From a virus: a DNA stretch of 64,000 bases. A program made the translations under genes and the position numbers. Under the pieces are notes generated by a model. The model searched no databases. It was not told the DNA's origin and worked only from the letters and a program-made list of their open reading frames with translations. Location of the stretch: the IMG/VR virus record IMGVR_UViG_3300045988_070924, positions 32,001 to 96,000 of that record, one strand, 5' to 3'. Shown piece after piece: positions 18,870 to 30,147 of this stretch (the stretch's first letter is position 1; the number at the start of each line of letters is the position of its first letter).

Positions 18870-20701
18870 TGGCTACAGCATATACAACAATAGGAAGTAA
18901 ATTTCAACCATATACTCTTGCTGAAATGCTTGTACCTTATCAAATGTATAAGCAGGAATTTGATAAGAGAGAAGAACTTTATAATACATATGCAGAGAAT
19001 GCAGGACTAATAGGCTCTCAACTAGATGACACTCTTGATAAAGATTTAATGGACACTGTATATAATCCTTATATGCAGGAATTAAATTCAGCAGCTGCAA
19101 CTCTTTCTTCTAAAGGATTGTCTTCTGAAAATAGGAAGACTCTACAGAATCTTAGAAGAAGGTTCGGTTCTGATATAGCTCCAATTAAAGTAGCTACAGA
19201 AGCTAGAGCTGAAGCTAGGAAAAACTGGGATAAATTATCTAGTCAAGATAGAACTCTCATGACTAATGCTAATCCTTATTATCAGGCAGTTTCAAACTAT
19301 ATGAATGGTAAATCTCCAGAGACTTATTATGTAAGTGGGAATGAGCTTTATGGTAGAGGCAAAGCACTTGCAGAAGCTTTCTCTAGAACACTTAGAGATG
19401 TTCCAGAAGGAGAAGCTTTAGCTAGTACTTTAGGAGGACAGTATTATAGAATTACTAAACAATATGGTCCTGATTCTAAACAAATGCAGGACTTTATGAA
19501 TGATGTGGCAGATAGTATTCCTGAATTAAGAAGTCAAATTGAAGATATTCTTAATAATACAGATATTGGTAAACAGGGATTTACACAAGAAGATAGAAAT
19601 AAAGCAGAACAGTATATTATAGAAGGGATGAAAGCAGGTCTTTCGGGTAAAACTGATGTCCAATACTTAGAGAATAAAAATTTCATTGACCCTTATAAGA
19701 GATGGCAAATGAATAAAGGAAGTGACGATACTACTCCTGAATCTCCTTTATTCTATGATTTTGTAGGGACAGAAATTACTCCAGATGAAGATGTTAATCT
19801 TAAACAGATGAATGCTGTTCTTAACAATCTTAGAGCATATAAAGAAGCAACAGATAAGGGCGAAACAATTTCACCATATACTACTAGAATGGGTTATGCT
19901 AATAAAGTGTTAGATGACCAATCTAAAAAAATCGAAGAGTATATTCAAAATAGACAGAAGGAAAATCCAAATTGGAATCCAGATACTGATTTAGGACTTA
20001 TAAATCTTAATAGGGAACTTACTAGAACTCTGGATGCATATGCTAGAGTGGGAGCATCTGTTCCTCAAAGAAATAAAGAGTATAGAACTGAAAATCCAAT
20101 TTATGCAGATTATTCTAAACTGTCAAAACAATTTGGCACAGATGATATCAATGCTCTTATAAAAAATCAGCAGACGGCAATATTACATGCTACCAATATA
20201 AATAAATATGCTAAATTTAAAAATACCCAATCTAGTCTTGCTATGAGAGATTTAAGAACAAATCTCATGTCAGGAATTACAGATAGGTCTGATAGTAGAC
20301 AGGTTAAAAAGATGATACATAAGTTAGGAAATCCAAAAGATGTTCCTAATGAGGAAACTTTAAAGAAAATTTTTGAAGATTCTTCTGCAACTATACAATT
20401 TAATCCTTATACTGGAAAGGCTATTATAGAAGGTAAAGAAGGTAGCTATGAAATTAATAAAGAGGCAGCTTTCCATAATATATATGTTCCAACTCCTTTT
20501 GGTATAATGAGTGGTGATGAAATACTGGATGAAATTACAACATTTGCACAACAGCAGTATGACAGCAATAATAAAGATGCAAAGGCAGTTATGGATGTAA
20601 TGTTGAACTCATTCTTTGGAGCATTAAATAATTCTTATAATGGTGGAGCACCAGAAGCTTCTAAAACTAATAGTAAAGCTTCAACATTTCCTATAGAATA
20701 A
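18869..20701 (+). CDS. Large virion protein, function unknown
   Basis: 610-aa ORF with TAATG overlap to the previous gene. Confidence 0.3.
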   Translation: MATAYTTIGSKFQPYTLAEMLVPYQMYKQEFDKREELYNTYAENAGLIGSQLDDTLDKDLMDTVYNPYMQELNSAAATLSSKGLSSENRKTLQNLRRRFGSDIAPIKVATEARAEARKNWDKLSSQDRTLMTNANPYYQAVSNYMNGKSPETYYVSGNELYGRGKALAEAFSRTLRDVPEGEALASTLGGQYYRITKQYGPDSKQMQDFMNDVADSIPELRSQIEDILNNTDIGKQGFTQEDRNKAEQYIIEGMKAGLSGKTDVQYLENKNFIDPYKRWQMNKGSDDTTPESPLFYDFVGTEITPDEDVNLKQMNAVLNNLRAYKEATDKGETISPYTTRMGYANKVLDDQSKKIEEYIQNRQKENPNWNPDTDLGLINLNRELTRTLDAYARVGASVPQRNKEYRTENPIYADYSKLSKQFGTDDINALIKNQQTAILHATNINKYAKFKNTQSSLAMRDLRTNLMSGITDRSDSRQVKKMIHKLGNPKDVPNEETLKKIFEDSSATIQFNPYTGKAIIEGKEGSYEINKEAAFHNIYVPTPFGIMSGDEILDEITTFAQQQYDSNNKDAKAVMDVMLNSFFGALNNSYNGGAPEASKTNSKASTFPIE

Positions 20702-20712
20702 ATCAATGAATT

Positions 20713-23700
20713 ATGGGAGAGAATGAAATAAAAGACCCAAGAGAAATAGGAGTATCTGGACTTAGAGGATTAAATGCCAGAACTTCAAATGATAGAGACT
20801 ATATAGCAGCATATAAAAATTTTACCCTACCTAATTGGAAGGATAATTCTACAAGAAGACAGGGCTTAATAGATAGCGGTCCTATAGAAAGTGTTGGAGT
20901 AGAAGGATTTGGAGAAAGTAGGTATGATAAAAAAATGAGTCAGCTAAGTGAGCTCAAAGATTTAAATGAATCAAGAGCTAATATACAACCTTGGTATGAC
21001 CAAATAGGAGCAGGTATACTTAAAGGAGGAGTACTTGCTGCTACTACTTTTGCTGACGGTGTTGCTGGTACTATAATAGGAGCTATGAACGCTTTTTCTA
21101 ATGCTGATAAAATTGCAGAAAGTGACAACCCTTGGAGGGAATTAGGCAACCAATTTATTAATAATCCTTTCAGTACATATATGCAGGATATTAATGAAAA
21201 AGTAGAGTCAGTGCTCCCTAATTATTATACCAGGGCAGAACAAGAAGACCCTTGGTGGGAACATATATTTTCTGCAAATTTCATTGGAGATAAGTTTTTA
21301 AAGAACCTTGGATTTACTGTGGGTGCTGCACTTTCTGGTAAAGTAAGTGCTGGTGCTATATCTAAAACTATGGGACTTAAAGGTGTAAGAGATGCCTTCA
21401 AAGGAGCTGTTACTACAGCTTCTGGAAGGACTCTTAATACAGCTTCTGAAATAGCAAAAGCCTATAAGACGGGAGATGCCTTTATGGATGGAGTAAAACT
21501 AACAGAAGATTTAGGCAAAGCAGCCAAACAACTAAAGAATGCAGAATGGACTCTTAAAACTATTGGTGCAGTAAGTGCTGCAATGGGAGAGGGCAGAATA
21601 GAAGCTATAACTAATAGTAAAGAGTGGTCATCATATCATGAGCAGTTATTAAAGGATAAACATCAACAAGATGTAGATAGTATTGAAGGACAGTTATTTG
21701 AAGAGCATCCTGAATGGTTTACAAATGGGCAAATTACAAATCTTGATGGTATAAAAGAATGGAATAAAAGGAAGGAAGGGATTGATGATAAATATAATGA
21801 ATCTCTTGCAAAACTTGCTGAGTATAGAGCAGATATGGCTAATGCCGACTTTGGGCTTAATGTAATCATGCTTTCTGCATCTAATCTGTGGCAATATGGA
21901 AGGTTCTTATCTGGAGGATATAATACAGGAAGGCTTGCTAATGGATTAATTAAAGGAAGTCTTAAAGAAGGATTTAAGAAATCTAAGGGAGCAGTTGTAA
22001 AACAATATGCTAGAGCATTATCAAATCCACTTGCAGAGGCAAATGAAGAAATGATGCAATCTTGGTTTTCTGAAGGTACTGGATTACAGCAGGCTTCTAA
22101 ACTTAATAGTTTTTATGGAGCTAAAGTAGACCCAGAGGCTGAGGAAGAGACTGCTGGATTTCTTAATTCTATGCTTACTGGATTTTCTAATATTTATGGC
22201 AATGCAAAAAGTTGGGAAGAAGGTTTTATAGGAGGACTTACAGGACTTTTAGGAATTCCATCTATATCTAGAACAACTACAGAAGGAGGTAAAAAGAAGC
22301 TCAAATTATCCCTTAAAGGAGAGCTTTGGGAAGGATTGGCAGATGCTAATAAAGATAAAAAAGAAGCATATTCTCTTGTAGATGCTCTTAATACCAGAGT
22401 AAAAGACCCAGAATTTATCAATTATTATCAAGGATTTATAAGGCATCAGAAGTATCAAAATGATATGGAAGCTGCTTTAAAAGAAGGTAAACCTTTTGAC
22501 TATAAGAATGCAGAACATTCTCAATTTATCTCTGATGCTATAATGTTTGAAAAGGCTGGAAGATTGCAGGACTTATATGACATTATAGAGGAGGCAGGAA
22601 ATGTAACTCAGGATGATATAAATGATATAAGAAACCTTACAGTTGATAAGAATACAGGGAAGTCAATCTTTGAAGGTAAATCAGACCAGGAAGTAATTAA
22701 CCATGTTAATAAGCAGGTCAGGGATATAAAGACCAAACTTCAGAAGTATTCTGAAATCTCTGCTAATCTTAAGACACTCTATGGAGAAGATATGGCTGAT
22801 GACTATCTTGAGGAGATGACTTGGATGATGACTCAAATTGATGATTGGGAATCAAGATTCAAGTCTCTTTTTGAAGAAGTAAAGAAGGGGGCTTCTCAGG
22901 TTATCGGGGATAGAGATAAAAGGTTCTTTGGAAGAAATGCAAACAGGAAGATAGGAGAATTGACTGATATTACAGCTGAATCTTTGCTGAATACTCTTAA
23001 TAGAAAGGAAGTCAGGGATATTCTATCTGATGAGAAAATTCTTGCTGATAAAGATAAGGACAAATCACTAAGGAACATGAAACTTTTCAAGGACTTATCT
23101 GATATGCTTAAAATATATGAAGCAAGAAATAAGTTCATTGATAAGTATACTGCACTTTCAAAGAATCCGGAGCTCTTCTCACAGCAGGTACAGGATTCTA
23201 TAAAGGCTGTTAAGGAGGATAACGTAAAGAGGGTTCTTGATGAAGCCAAACTTAAAGCAGACTCAGCAACTTCAGTTAATGACCTTAGGGAAATATTCTC
23301 TAATTATCCTGAGCAAAAGAAGGATATAATAGAGTCATTGAAGAATAGTGATAATGATACTCTCAAGAAGCTGGCAGAGGCTTATGAAGACCTTGATGAG
23401 TCTTCTGCTATATTCACAGATATTCTGTCTGCTACAGAGCCTTCTCCTGAAGTAATATCAGCTAAGAACATCATACAGGATGCTCTTAAAAATGCTGAAT
23501 CACTTGATGATATACTTACTACTCTTGACCAAGCACAGGACTCTTCTATACCAGAAGAAGTAAAGACTACTCTTCAGGAGATAGTTGATAAGTTCATAGA
23601 GCAGAAGAAGTCAGGGAAAACTTCAAGAAAGGACACAAAGAAATCAAAGAATAAGCCTAAGAAAGCTGGAAAGAAAGGGTTCTTTGATATGTTGTCTGAT

Positions 23701-26013
23701 TCTCCAGATGTTAAGGATGCTCTATCTGAGGAAGAAGCTGAAGGTGAGGAGGAAGATAAAGAAAAACCTTCTAAGGAAGAACCTCCTCATGTTCCTTCTG
23801 AACCTGTTGAGGGTAGGGTAGAACCAGAAAGCCTTGAAGAAAAGAGTCAGGATGAACTTGTAGATATAGCCAAGAAGGGTGATAATTCTCTTTCAAAGGA
23901 AGATGATACTGCTCTAAGAAGACTTGCTGCAAAGATACATAACAACAGACTTCTTCCTGCTGCTGGTGAGGAGAGTAATGTGGAAGTTGAAGATAATGCA
24001 TCTCCTGAAGATAATGGTATTACACAGGGACTTAGAAGCTGGGTTGAGACTGAGTATGAATTTAATCCTCTTAAGAACAGAAAAGAGAGAAAGGCTGTAT
24101 TAAGGAATAATCCAATAGTAAATGCCTTACAGGAATTAGGAGCTTTTCAGTATGTGGATGAAGGCTATCTTGCAGATAGAGTTGATGCAAATGAAGATTT
24201 GCCAATACATCTTATCATATCTTCAGATAGCAGACTTAACAGTCATATACTGCTTGCTGTAGAAATAGGAGAAAAAGACAAATCTCTGAATCCAGTAGAA
24301 GGAAATGATGGAAAGAGGTATCAAGTAGTAGGAGTCCTTGGTTTCAATAAGAATAATAAGGAGTCCATAAAGAACTACAATGATATAGTGGATGCAGTAA
24401 ATGATGAGTATTCTGATTCTGAAAGTAATAAAGGAAGTGTATTTGTTTCATCCTATTATACTAAGGTAACCCACATATATAGTGGAAGAATGGTCAAGTC
24501 TACAGAAGACTCACCAGTTGAGAGTAAAGACCTCACAAAGGAATTTCTTAGGGGAAGACCTCTTAGGATTGGTATCTATTACAACAGTACAAGATTTGAA
24601 ACTCCAGGTCTTGATAATGTTGAAATAGTCCCACTCAATACTAATAATCAGAATCCAAGGGCTGGTTCTATATGGCTCATGACCAAGGAAGCTGATGGAA
24701 GATGGTATCCTAAACATCTAAGGGCAAAGAGGTTCACAGAAACTGAATATCCACTTGATACATGGGGGGACTCTCCAATAGTTGAAAGGATAGGAAGGGA
24801 TGCCGCAGTCCTTGTAAGTCCAGAAAGCACTCAATATCAGAAGTCTCTTGCCAAGTATGACCTTAAGGAAGTTCTACATTTCCCAGAAGGGATTGATATA
24901 GCCTTCTCAAAGAAGGGAAATATTATATCTATACCAGGAATTATAGAGAATATAACTGGGGGAGCAACCTCTTTGGATGAAGCAGTAGTACTTCTGGCTC
25001 AGGCACTCCAAAGTGATGAACTTGGATTAAGGTTCAATGTAGTTACTTCAGAACTTACTGACCCTCAGTATCAGGAGGATATACTCAAGTCTGGCATACT
25101 TACCACTGATTTATATCAGCCTGGTAATGTTAATGCAAGTTTTGATATTGCACCAGTTAATTCAGAAGGTAAGCCATCTGTTGAAGGAGGTGAGATTGCT
25201 CTTAAAGGTCATACTGGAAAGAGGGGAATACAGAATGTTCTTAATAGAACCACATTGACTCTTAACAGCAAGAGTTATAGCATAGATTCAGAAGGTAATA
25301 TCTATGATGATAAGGGGGAGGCAGTTTCAAATCAGAATAGTATAGATGAACTCACCTTACTTTCCAAGATAAACCAAGGCTTGATAAATCCAGTTTCAGG
25401 TAGTAAGAGACTTTACTTAGGAGTTTATACCAATGATGGTACAGAGTTTGGTATAGTCAATGGAGTTGTCAAGACAGGAAACTCTCTGAAGGAACTTAAG
25501 AGTAAAGCAGAAAAGCTTCATAAGAAAGAACTTCAGAACAGGAAAGTAGGGGAAACTGCACTTGGAATGGAAGCTGCTGAAGGTGCTAATCTTTCATATC
25601 TTGAATCTCAGTATGGAGTTTCTGACAAAGTTCCAAAGCAGGAAACAGCAAAGGAAGAACCAGCAGATTCTGAAGATGGAATCTCAATGGAGACTATATC
25701 TGATGAACTTGCTATGGCTATCCTTGGAGGAGAAGAAGCTTCAAAGCCAGTAAAGAAAGCACCAGAAACCAAAGTATCAAAACCTACATTTACTCTTACT
25801 GAATCCTTCACTCCAATATCTGATGAAACCAAATTACAGATTTCATCTTATATAAGAGGAAATAGGGGAGTTCTCAGAGAGCTTGGATTTAAGAATGTTG
25901 AAGAGTTTATGGACTTCATAAGAAATCCAGAGAATAATCTTCCAAGTCCTGAGACTATAACCTCAGTAGAAGCATTCAACAGTCTTATTGACACTATAAA
26001 GAATTGTAGATAG
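20713..26013 (+). CDS. Very large virion protein (1766 aa), presumed internal/cargo protein
   Basis: Uninterrupted 5.3-kb ORF with long helical regions and a highly charged K/E/P linker ('KKSGKTSRKDTKKSKNKPKK...EEEAEGEEEDKEK'). Confidence 0.35.
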   Translation: MGENEIKDPREIGVSGLRGLNARTSNDRDYIAAYKNFTLPNWKDNSTRRQGLIDSGPIESVGVEGFGESRYDKKMSQLSELKDLNESRANIQPWYDQIGAGILKGGVLAATTFADGVAGTIIGAMNAFSNADKIAESDNPWRELGNQFINNPFSTYMQDINEKVESVLPNYYTRAEQEDPWWEHIFSANFIGDKFLKNLGFTVGAALSGKVSAGAISKTMGLKGVRDAFKGAVTTASGRTLNTASEIAKAYKTGDAFMDGVKLTEDLGKAAKQLKNAEWTLKTIGAVSAAMGEGRIEAITNSKEWSSYHEQLLKDKHQQDVDSIEGQLFEEHPEWFTNGQITNLDGIKEWNKRKEGIDDKYNESLAKLAEYRADMANADFGLNVIMLSASNLWQYGRFLSGGYNTGRLANGLIKGSLKEGFKKSKGAVVKQYARALSNPLAEANEEMMQSWFSEGTGLQQASKLNSFYGAKVDPEAEEETAGFLNSMLTGFSNIYGNAKSWEEGFIGGLTGLLGIPSISRTTTEGGKKKLKLSLKGELWEGLADANKDKKEAYSLVDALNTRVKDPEFINYYQGFIRHQKYQNDMEAALKEGKPFDYKNAEHSQFISDAIMFEKAGRLQDLYDIIEEAGNVTQDDINDIRNLTVDKNTGKSIFEGKSDQEVINHVNKQVRDIKTKLQKYSEISANLKTLYGEDMADDYLEEMTWMMTQIDDWESRFKSLFEEVKKGASQVIGDRDKRFFGRNANRKIGELTDITAESLLNTLNRKEVRDILSDEKILADKDKDKSLRNMKLFKDLSDMLKIYEARNKFIDKYTALSKNPELFSQQVQDSIKAVKEDNVKRVLDEAKLKADSATSVNDLREIFSNYPEQKKDIIESLKNSDNDTLKKLAEAYEDLDESSAIFTDILSATEPSPEVISAKNIIQDALKNAESLDDILTTLDQAQDSSIPEEVKTTLQEIVDKFIEQKKSGKTSRKDTKKSKNKPKKAGKKGFFDMLSDSPDVKDALSEEEAEGEEEDKEKPSKEEPPHVPSEPVEGRVEPESLEEKSQDELVDIAKKGDNSLSKEDDTALRRLAAKIHNNRLLPAAGEESNVEVEDNASPEDNGITQGLRSWVETEYEFNPLKNRKERKAVLRNNPIVNALQELGAFQYVDEGYLADRVDANEDLPIHLIISSDSRLNSHILLAVEIGEKDKSLNPVEGNDGKRYQVVGVLGFNKNNKESIKNYNDIVDAVNDEYSDSESNKGSVFVSSYYTKVTHIYSGRMVKSTEDSPVESKDLTKEFLRGRPLRIGIYYNSTRFETPGLDNVEIVPLNTNNQNPRAGSIWLMTKEADGRWYPKHLRAKRFTETEYPLDTWGDSPIVERIGRDAAVLVSPESTQYQKSLAKYDLKEVLHFPEGIDIAFSKKGNIISIPGIIENITGGATSLDEAVVLLAQALQSDELGLRFNVVTSELTDPQYQEDILKSGILTTDLYQPGNVNASFDIAPVNSEGKPSVEGGEIALKGHTGKRGIQNVLNRTTLTLNSKSYSIDSEGNIYDDKGEAVSNQNSIDELTLLSKINQGLINPVSGSKRLYLGVYTNDGTEFGIVNGVVKTGNSLKELKSKAEKLHKKELQNRKVGETALGMEAAEGANLSYLESQYGVSDKVPKQETAKEEPADSEDGISMETISDELAMAILGGEEASKPVKKAPETKVSKPTFTLTESFTPISDETKLQISSYIRGNRGVLRELGFKNVEEFMDFIRNPENNLPSPETITSVEAFNSLIDTIKNCR

Positions 26014-26023
26014 AGATACTACA

Positions 26024-26071
26024 AAAGAAAAAAAAAGAGGAAGTAGAATAACTACTCCCTCTTTTTTTTTT
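26024..26071. terminator. Bidirectional terminator at the convergence point of the two arms
   Basis: Stem agaggaagtag/ctactccctct (one mismatch), flanked by an A-run on the left and a T-run on the right. Lies between the stops of 20713..26013 (+) and 26070..30146 (-). Confidence 0.8.
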
Positions 26072-29000
26072 ATCTATCAGCAAATATAGTGTACATATAA
26101 TCTTCCTCAGAGAGGTCTGCTACCTTCCTGAGCTGACCAAAAATAGGAATTGTCTGTGAAGCATCCCTCTCCCACTCACTCCATCCCTTGTATCTTCCAG
26201 ATTCAAGTTCATTAAACATATTCCAGAACTTAACCAAATCAAGCAGTCCATTGAAACTGTTTATGGCTGCTGCTGGACTTTGTAGTATAGTCCATGCATT
26301 CTCAATGGCTGAGAACCAAGGTATAGCAGCACCAGTCTCCAGTTGCATTCTTTTAAGCTGATATACAATCATTCTCTCGCCCCATCTGCCTTTTTTATCC
26401 TTCTCAGGTCCTATCATGGCAATAAGTGCTGCAAGTGTAGCAAAGGTTCCAAGCTCTGTTAAAGCCCTTCTTATGTTAGCCTTCTCATGAGTGCTAAGAC
26501 TATTCCAGTTGGTTGCAAGGTCAAACTTTGCTCTTCCTATATCCTTCATAAGGTTTAAAGCAAATCTTCCTATAGTTCTATAATAACCTTCTCTCCAATG
26601 GTCAAGTTTAGCATCATAACTGGCACTTGAGAACCTTCTTGAGTAATGGGCAGGCATCCACTGTCTAAACTGCATAGCAAGTCTTCCAAGAGAATATCTT
26701 TGGATAGCTCCTCTGTCAGTCTCATTGAATGCACCATTAAGAGATTGATTGACTTTTCCAATCCTTAGTTTCTGGTTTGTAATAAAGTTTTCATATCTCT
26801 TCTCCACCTCTTCATACAATTCAGAGCTCCTGTCAAGCCCTTCTGTAGAAAGAAGATTACCATCAAGGTCTTTTATTCCCTCCTTAAGGACTATCTTTGA
26901 TGCTCCTTCATGGTCAGTCTTTACTTCAAAAGCATCAAACAGGCTCATCTCTTTTCCACTTCTGTCCTTTACTTTGACATTATTGAGCATAGCCAACATA
27001 TTCCTACTGTGAAGATAGTGCTCTCCCATGTTGTTAAGGAGGAATATATTTGTTGAACCTATGATTCTTGACAAAGGTCCTTTGTAATACCCTTGTGATT
27101 TAAGGTTTCCATAGAACTCCTCAAGAGCATCAAACTTGTCTATAAGGAGACCAAGCTTACTTGTTTTCTTTGTAGAGTTGAGTTCTGCCATATATTGTGG
27201 AAGAAGTGCATAGTAGTTCTTCTTACCTATGGCTGAGTCTTTCATATTAAAGTATTCTCCAGACATAGCCTCTATGAACAACTGCATTTTACCCATAGTG
27301 ACATTGCTTATAGCAGAAAACACGTTAAGACCAAGTCCAAGTGCTCCTGTATAACTCTTCAAAGTATCCATAGTCTTGGCTTTATCTATCTCCTCACCAA
27401 AAACATTCCAGGTTCCTTCATCTTTCTTATGCTGACCATACAGAACAGAAGCATAATAATTATCTATTCTCTCTCCAATGTTGGTTCTTTCTCCAGGTTT
27501 GGTATAGGTCTTACTGAACTTCTTATGGACAACCTTGAAAACATCTATCAGTTTTGAGTCTCCAGACATCTGCTTGACTTGCCTCTCTTTGATAAGGTCT
27601 CTTGTAAGCTCAAGTGCATCAATCACTTTACTCATCTCATTATAGTTTACAGCCATAGATGCATATGCCATAATAGATGAAGTGAAATCTGTACTCAGCC
27701 TCTCCATATCTTCAAGAGGAGTTGTATAGTACACTGGTAGTTTCTGTATAGGATTTCCTGAGAAATCCAGACTTATCTTCTTTGACTTAGTAAAAGAGGA
27801 TTCTCCATCACCAAGAACTGTTGTATCTCCCCAGTCAGTATCATCACTTCTTCTGAGGAAACTGTCCTTGAGGTTCTCTATAACCATTTTCCCAGCCTTC
27901 TTAGGATTAGTCACATTATCCATAATAGCTTCAGTAACATCATTCCTTATCTGGACTGCATTGAAAGTATTTGCAAACCTTGCTGGTATCAGTGAGTCAA
28001 GAGTAGCCTTAAGGTTAATCATAGTATTGTAATACTCTCTCTGTGCAGGTGCAAGTTTACTTATTCTATCAACACCATAAAGACTCTTCTTAGGAAGTTC
28101 TTCCTTTCTACCTGAGTCTGCATCTATAAGAACAGTTTCAGTATGTCTTCTTTCCCATGCATCAAGTTTTGACTTGACTATGTAGTAAGGAAGTTTTTCA
28201 TCCATAAGTCTCTTCTTTTCAGCATCATACTCCTCCTTAAACTTAACAAAGTCAATATCACTTATTATTCTTCCAGTAAGCTTTCCATCCTTGTCTCTCT
28301 CATACATAAAGTCTGTAGTATACCCAGCCTGTGAAAGTTTAGTATGAGCACTTCTCACTCCTGCAAGAACCTCTTCAAGCACTGAATCCCTCTTAAACTG
28401 TGTAGATTTGACTACTTTATCTACAAGAGACAGCATTGGGTCTGATGCATCACTCATTGAACTGATATAGCTGTCAAGGAAGTTAATATCCTTATCAGCC
28501 ATCTTCATTATCATTTCAAGAGTAATTCTCTTGCCCTTATCTTTTCCAGAATCAATAATCTTATCCTCCCCCCAGTACATTTTAAGGAAGCTGTAAAGAG
28601 TATTGAACCTCATGCTTTTATACCCAGAGTTAATCTTGTTAATTATCCTGAATACAGAAGAAGCTTTGTCTGCAATAGTAGCAGCATCTTCAGTAGACAG
28701 TTCAACTTCTCCTCTCTCCTTCATAGCATCTATACTCATCATTTGTTTGATGATAGGCTCATATGCATCTGAGAACTCTTTAATCTTCCTTAGAGTAGAA
28801 CTAATCTTTCTGATTCTGTTTAAGTCTGATTCTTCATTGAGATTATTAGCATCAAGTTTGCTTAAGTTGGTATTCAGTTGTTCTAGCTGTTGAAGGCTAT
28901 CTGAAAGAAAAGCAAGACAGCTCTTGGAGTATTTCTTCTTTTCAATCAGGTCCTGAAGGTTCTTTATTGACTCAAGGTCATCTTCACTATATCTACCACT

Positions 29001-30146
29001 TTTACTTCTTAACCTTAAAATCTCAAGTCTCTTACTTGCAATCTCAAGAGCTTTCTCAGCCAGTTCCTCCATTCCAGATACAGACTTCTCTGCATTGTAC
29101 AAGGTCTTTGCATTAACTATAAGGTCTTTATCTACTAATGGAAGTATAGACTCATCAAGGATAGAACTTGCTACCTGAGAAGCATCTCTATTGGCCTGTA
29201 GTATGATATTATCAACATCATCTTCAGACATACTGCCAAACTTGGATTTAACCCAATTCCAAAGTCTCTCAAGCAAAGAAGGTCTACTTACAGGAAGAGT
29301 TTCACCAGTGATATACTTCTGAAGCAATTGTCCAGCAGCTTCCTTCTGGAGAGATTCCATATCTCCTTTATAAAGCCTTACATAGGTATCAAAGTTTTCA
29401 CCAAGAATTTCCTTTATGACTTCATAAGAACCTACAGAATTTACAAGCCTCTGAACCAAAGGCTGGTTCATAAGTCCTTCTATCATAAGATGGCTGAACT
29501 CTTCAGGAAAGGCATCTTCCCCTCTCTGACCTTTGGCTATTTGTATAACTGTCTTCAGTCCTTCTGCATTTGTCCTTGCATTCTCAGGACTGAACATAGC
29601 ATTGAATCTTGGGGTATTAAGTACTTCAACATCAAATCCAAGCCTTCTAAGGATACCCCTCAACTGATTGTTAAGAGAACTGTTAAATACAAGCTTCTCA
29701 GGAGAGGTTGCATTCTGAGGAGTCTTAGGCTCAACATTTATTACATACCCTCCATCTTTACTTCCAATATCAGCAACCATCCTTGGATGGTTCTTATTAA
29801 ATTCAACTACTGAATTGATAATCTCATCAGCAGAAGAATGTATAACAGGTTCCCCTTTACTATTTATAGCACCAAGTTCTCTCTTAGCACCTTCTATTGA
29901 TATACCTTCATCTAATAGACTATCTATATCAACAGCCTTAATGAGAGAGGAAAGAGTAGGTTCTCCATTCTTATCCTTCTCAATACCCTTAAGAGAACTC
30001 ATGAACTCTGGAACCTGAGTAAGTCCCCAAATGTACTTTGCTGATTCTCTATTACCAGTGTAGGTAACCAGCTCCTTAAAGAGCTGGCTATCCACTTCCT
30101 GGTTTCCTACTTTTACTGTAGGAACATAAACACAAGATTTAGCCAT
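26070..30146 (-). CDS. Large protein co-transcribed with the giant RNAP gene (virion/transcription module, function unknown)
   Basis: 1358-aa ORF starting 1 nt after the stop of 30148..38346. Helix-rich. No motif recognised. Confidence 0.35.
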   Translation of the reverse strand: MAKSCVYVPTVKVGNQEVDSQLFKELVTYTGNRESAKYIWGLTQVPEFMSSLKGIEKDKNGEPTLSSLIKAVDIDSLLDEGISIEGAKRELGAINSKGEPVIHSSADEIINSVVEFNKNHPRMVADIGSKDGGYVINVEPKTPQNATSPEKLVFNSSLNNQLRGILRRLGFDVEVLNTPRFNAMFSPENARTNAEGLKTVIQIAKGQRGEDAFPEEFSHLMIEGLMNQPLVQRLVNSVGSYEVIKEILGENFDTYVRLYKGDMESLQKEAAGQLLQKYITGETLPVSRPSLLERLWNWVKSKFGSMSEDDVDNIILQANRDASQVASSILDESILPLVDKDLIVNAKTLYNAEKSVSGMEELAEKALEIASKRLEILRLRSKSGRYSEDDLESIKNLQDLIEKKKYSKSCLAFLSDSLQQLEQLNTNLSKLDANNLNEESDLNRIRKISSTLRKIKEFSDAYEPIIKQMMSIDAMKERGEVELSTEDAATIADKASSVFRIINKINSGYKSMRFNTLYSFLKMYWGEDKIIDSGKDKGKRITLEMIMKMADKDINFLDSYISSMSDASDPMLSLVDKVVKSTQFKRDSVLEEVLAGVRSAHTKLSQAGYTTDFMYERDKDGKLTGRIISDIDFVKFKEEYDAEKKRLMDEKLPYYIVKSKLDAWERRHTETVLIDADSGRKEELPKKSLYGVDRISKLAPAQREYYNTMINLKATLDSLIPARFANTFNAVQIRNDVTEAIMDNVTNPKKAGKMVIENLKDSFLRRSDDTDWGDTTVLGDGESSFTKSKKISLDFSGNPIQKLPVYYTTPLEDMERLSTDFTSSIMAYASMAVNYNEMSKVIDALELTRDLIKERQVKQMSGDSKLIDVFKVVHKKFSKTYTKPGERTNIGERIDNYYASVLYGQHKKDEGTWNVFGEEIDKAKTMDTLKSYTGALGLGLNVFSAISNVTMGKMQLFIEAMSGEYFNMKDSAIGKKNYYALLPQYMAELNSTKKTSKLGLLIDKFDALEEFYGNLKSQGYYKGPLSRIIGSTNIFLLNNMGEHYLHSRNMLAMLNNVKVKDRSGKEMSLFDAFEVKTDHEGASKIVLKEGIKDLDGNLLSTEGLDRSSELYEEVEKRYENFITNQKLRIGKVNQSLNGAFNETDRGAIQRYSLGRLAMQFRQWMPAHYSRRFSSASYDAKLDHWREGYYRTIGRFALNLMKDIGRAKFDLATNWNSLSTHEKANIRRALTELGTFATLAALIAMIGPEKDKKGRWGERMIVYQLKRMQLETGAAIPWFSAIENAWTILQSPAAAINSFNGLLDLVKFWNMFNELESGRYKGWSEWERDASQTIPIFGQLRKVADLSEEDYMYTIFADR

Positions 30147-30147
30147 A

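Noticed and set aside
29328-29813. Antisense or alternative-frame ORFs of 60-160 aa listed inside the long genes. Examples are 29328..29813, 22896..23249, 36109..36432, 32404..32721, 46716..47171, 39976..40335, 360..656, 415..663 and 7480..7740.
   Set aside because: All are embedded opposite to or out of frame with much longer motif-bearing ORFs. They have low-complexity L/S/F/I-rich translations typical of the reverse frames of AT-rich coding DNA, and no independent start or promoter signals.
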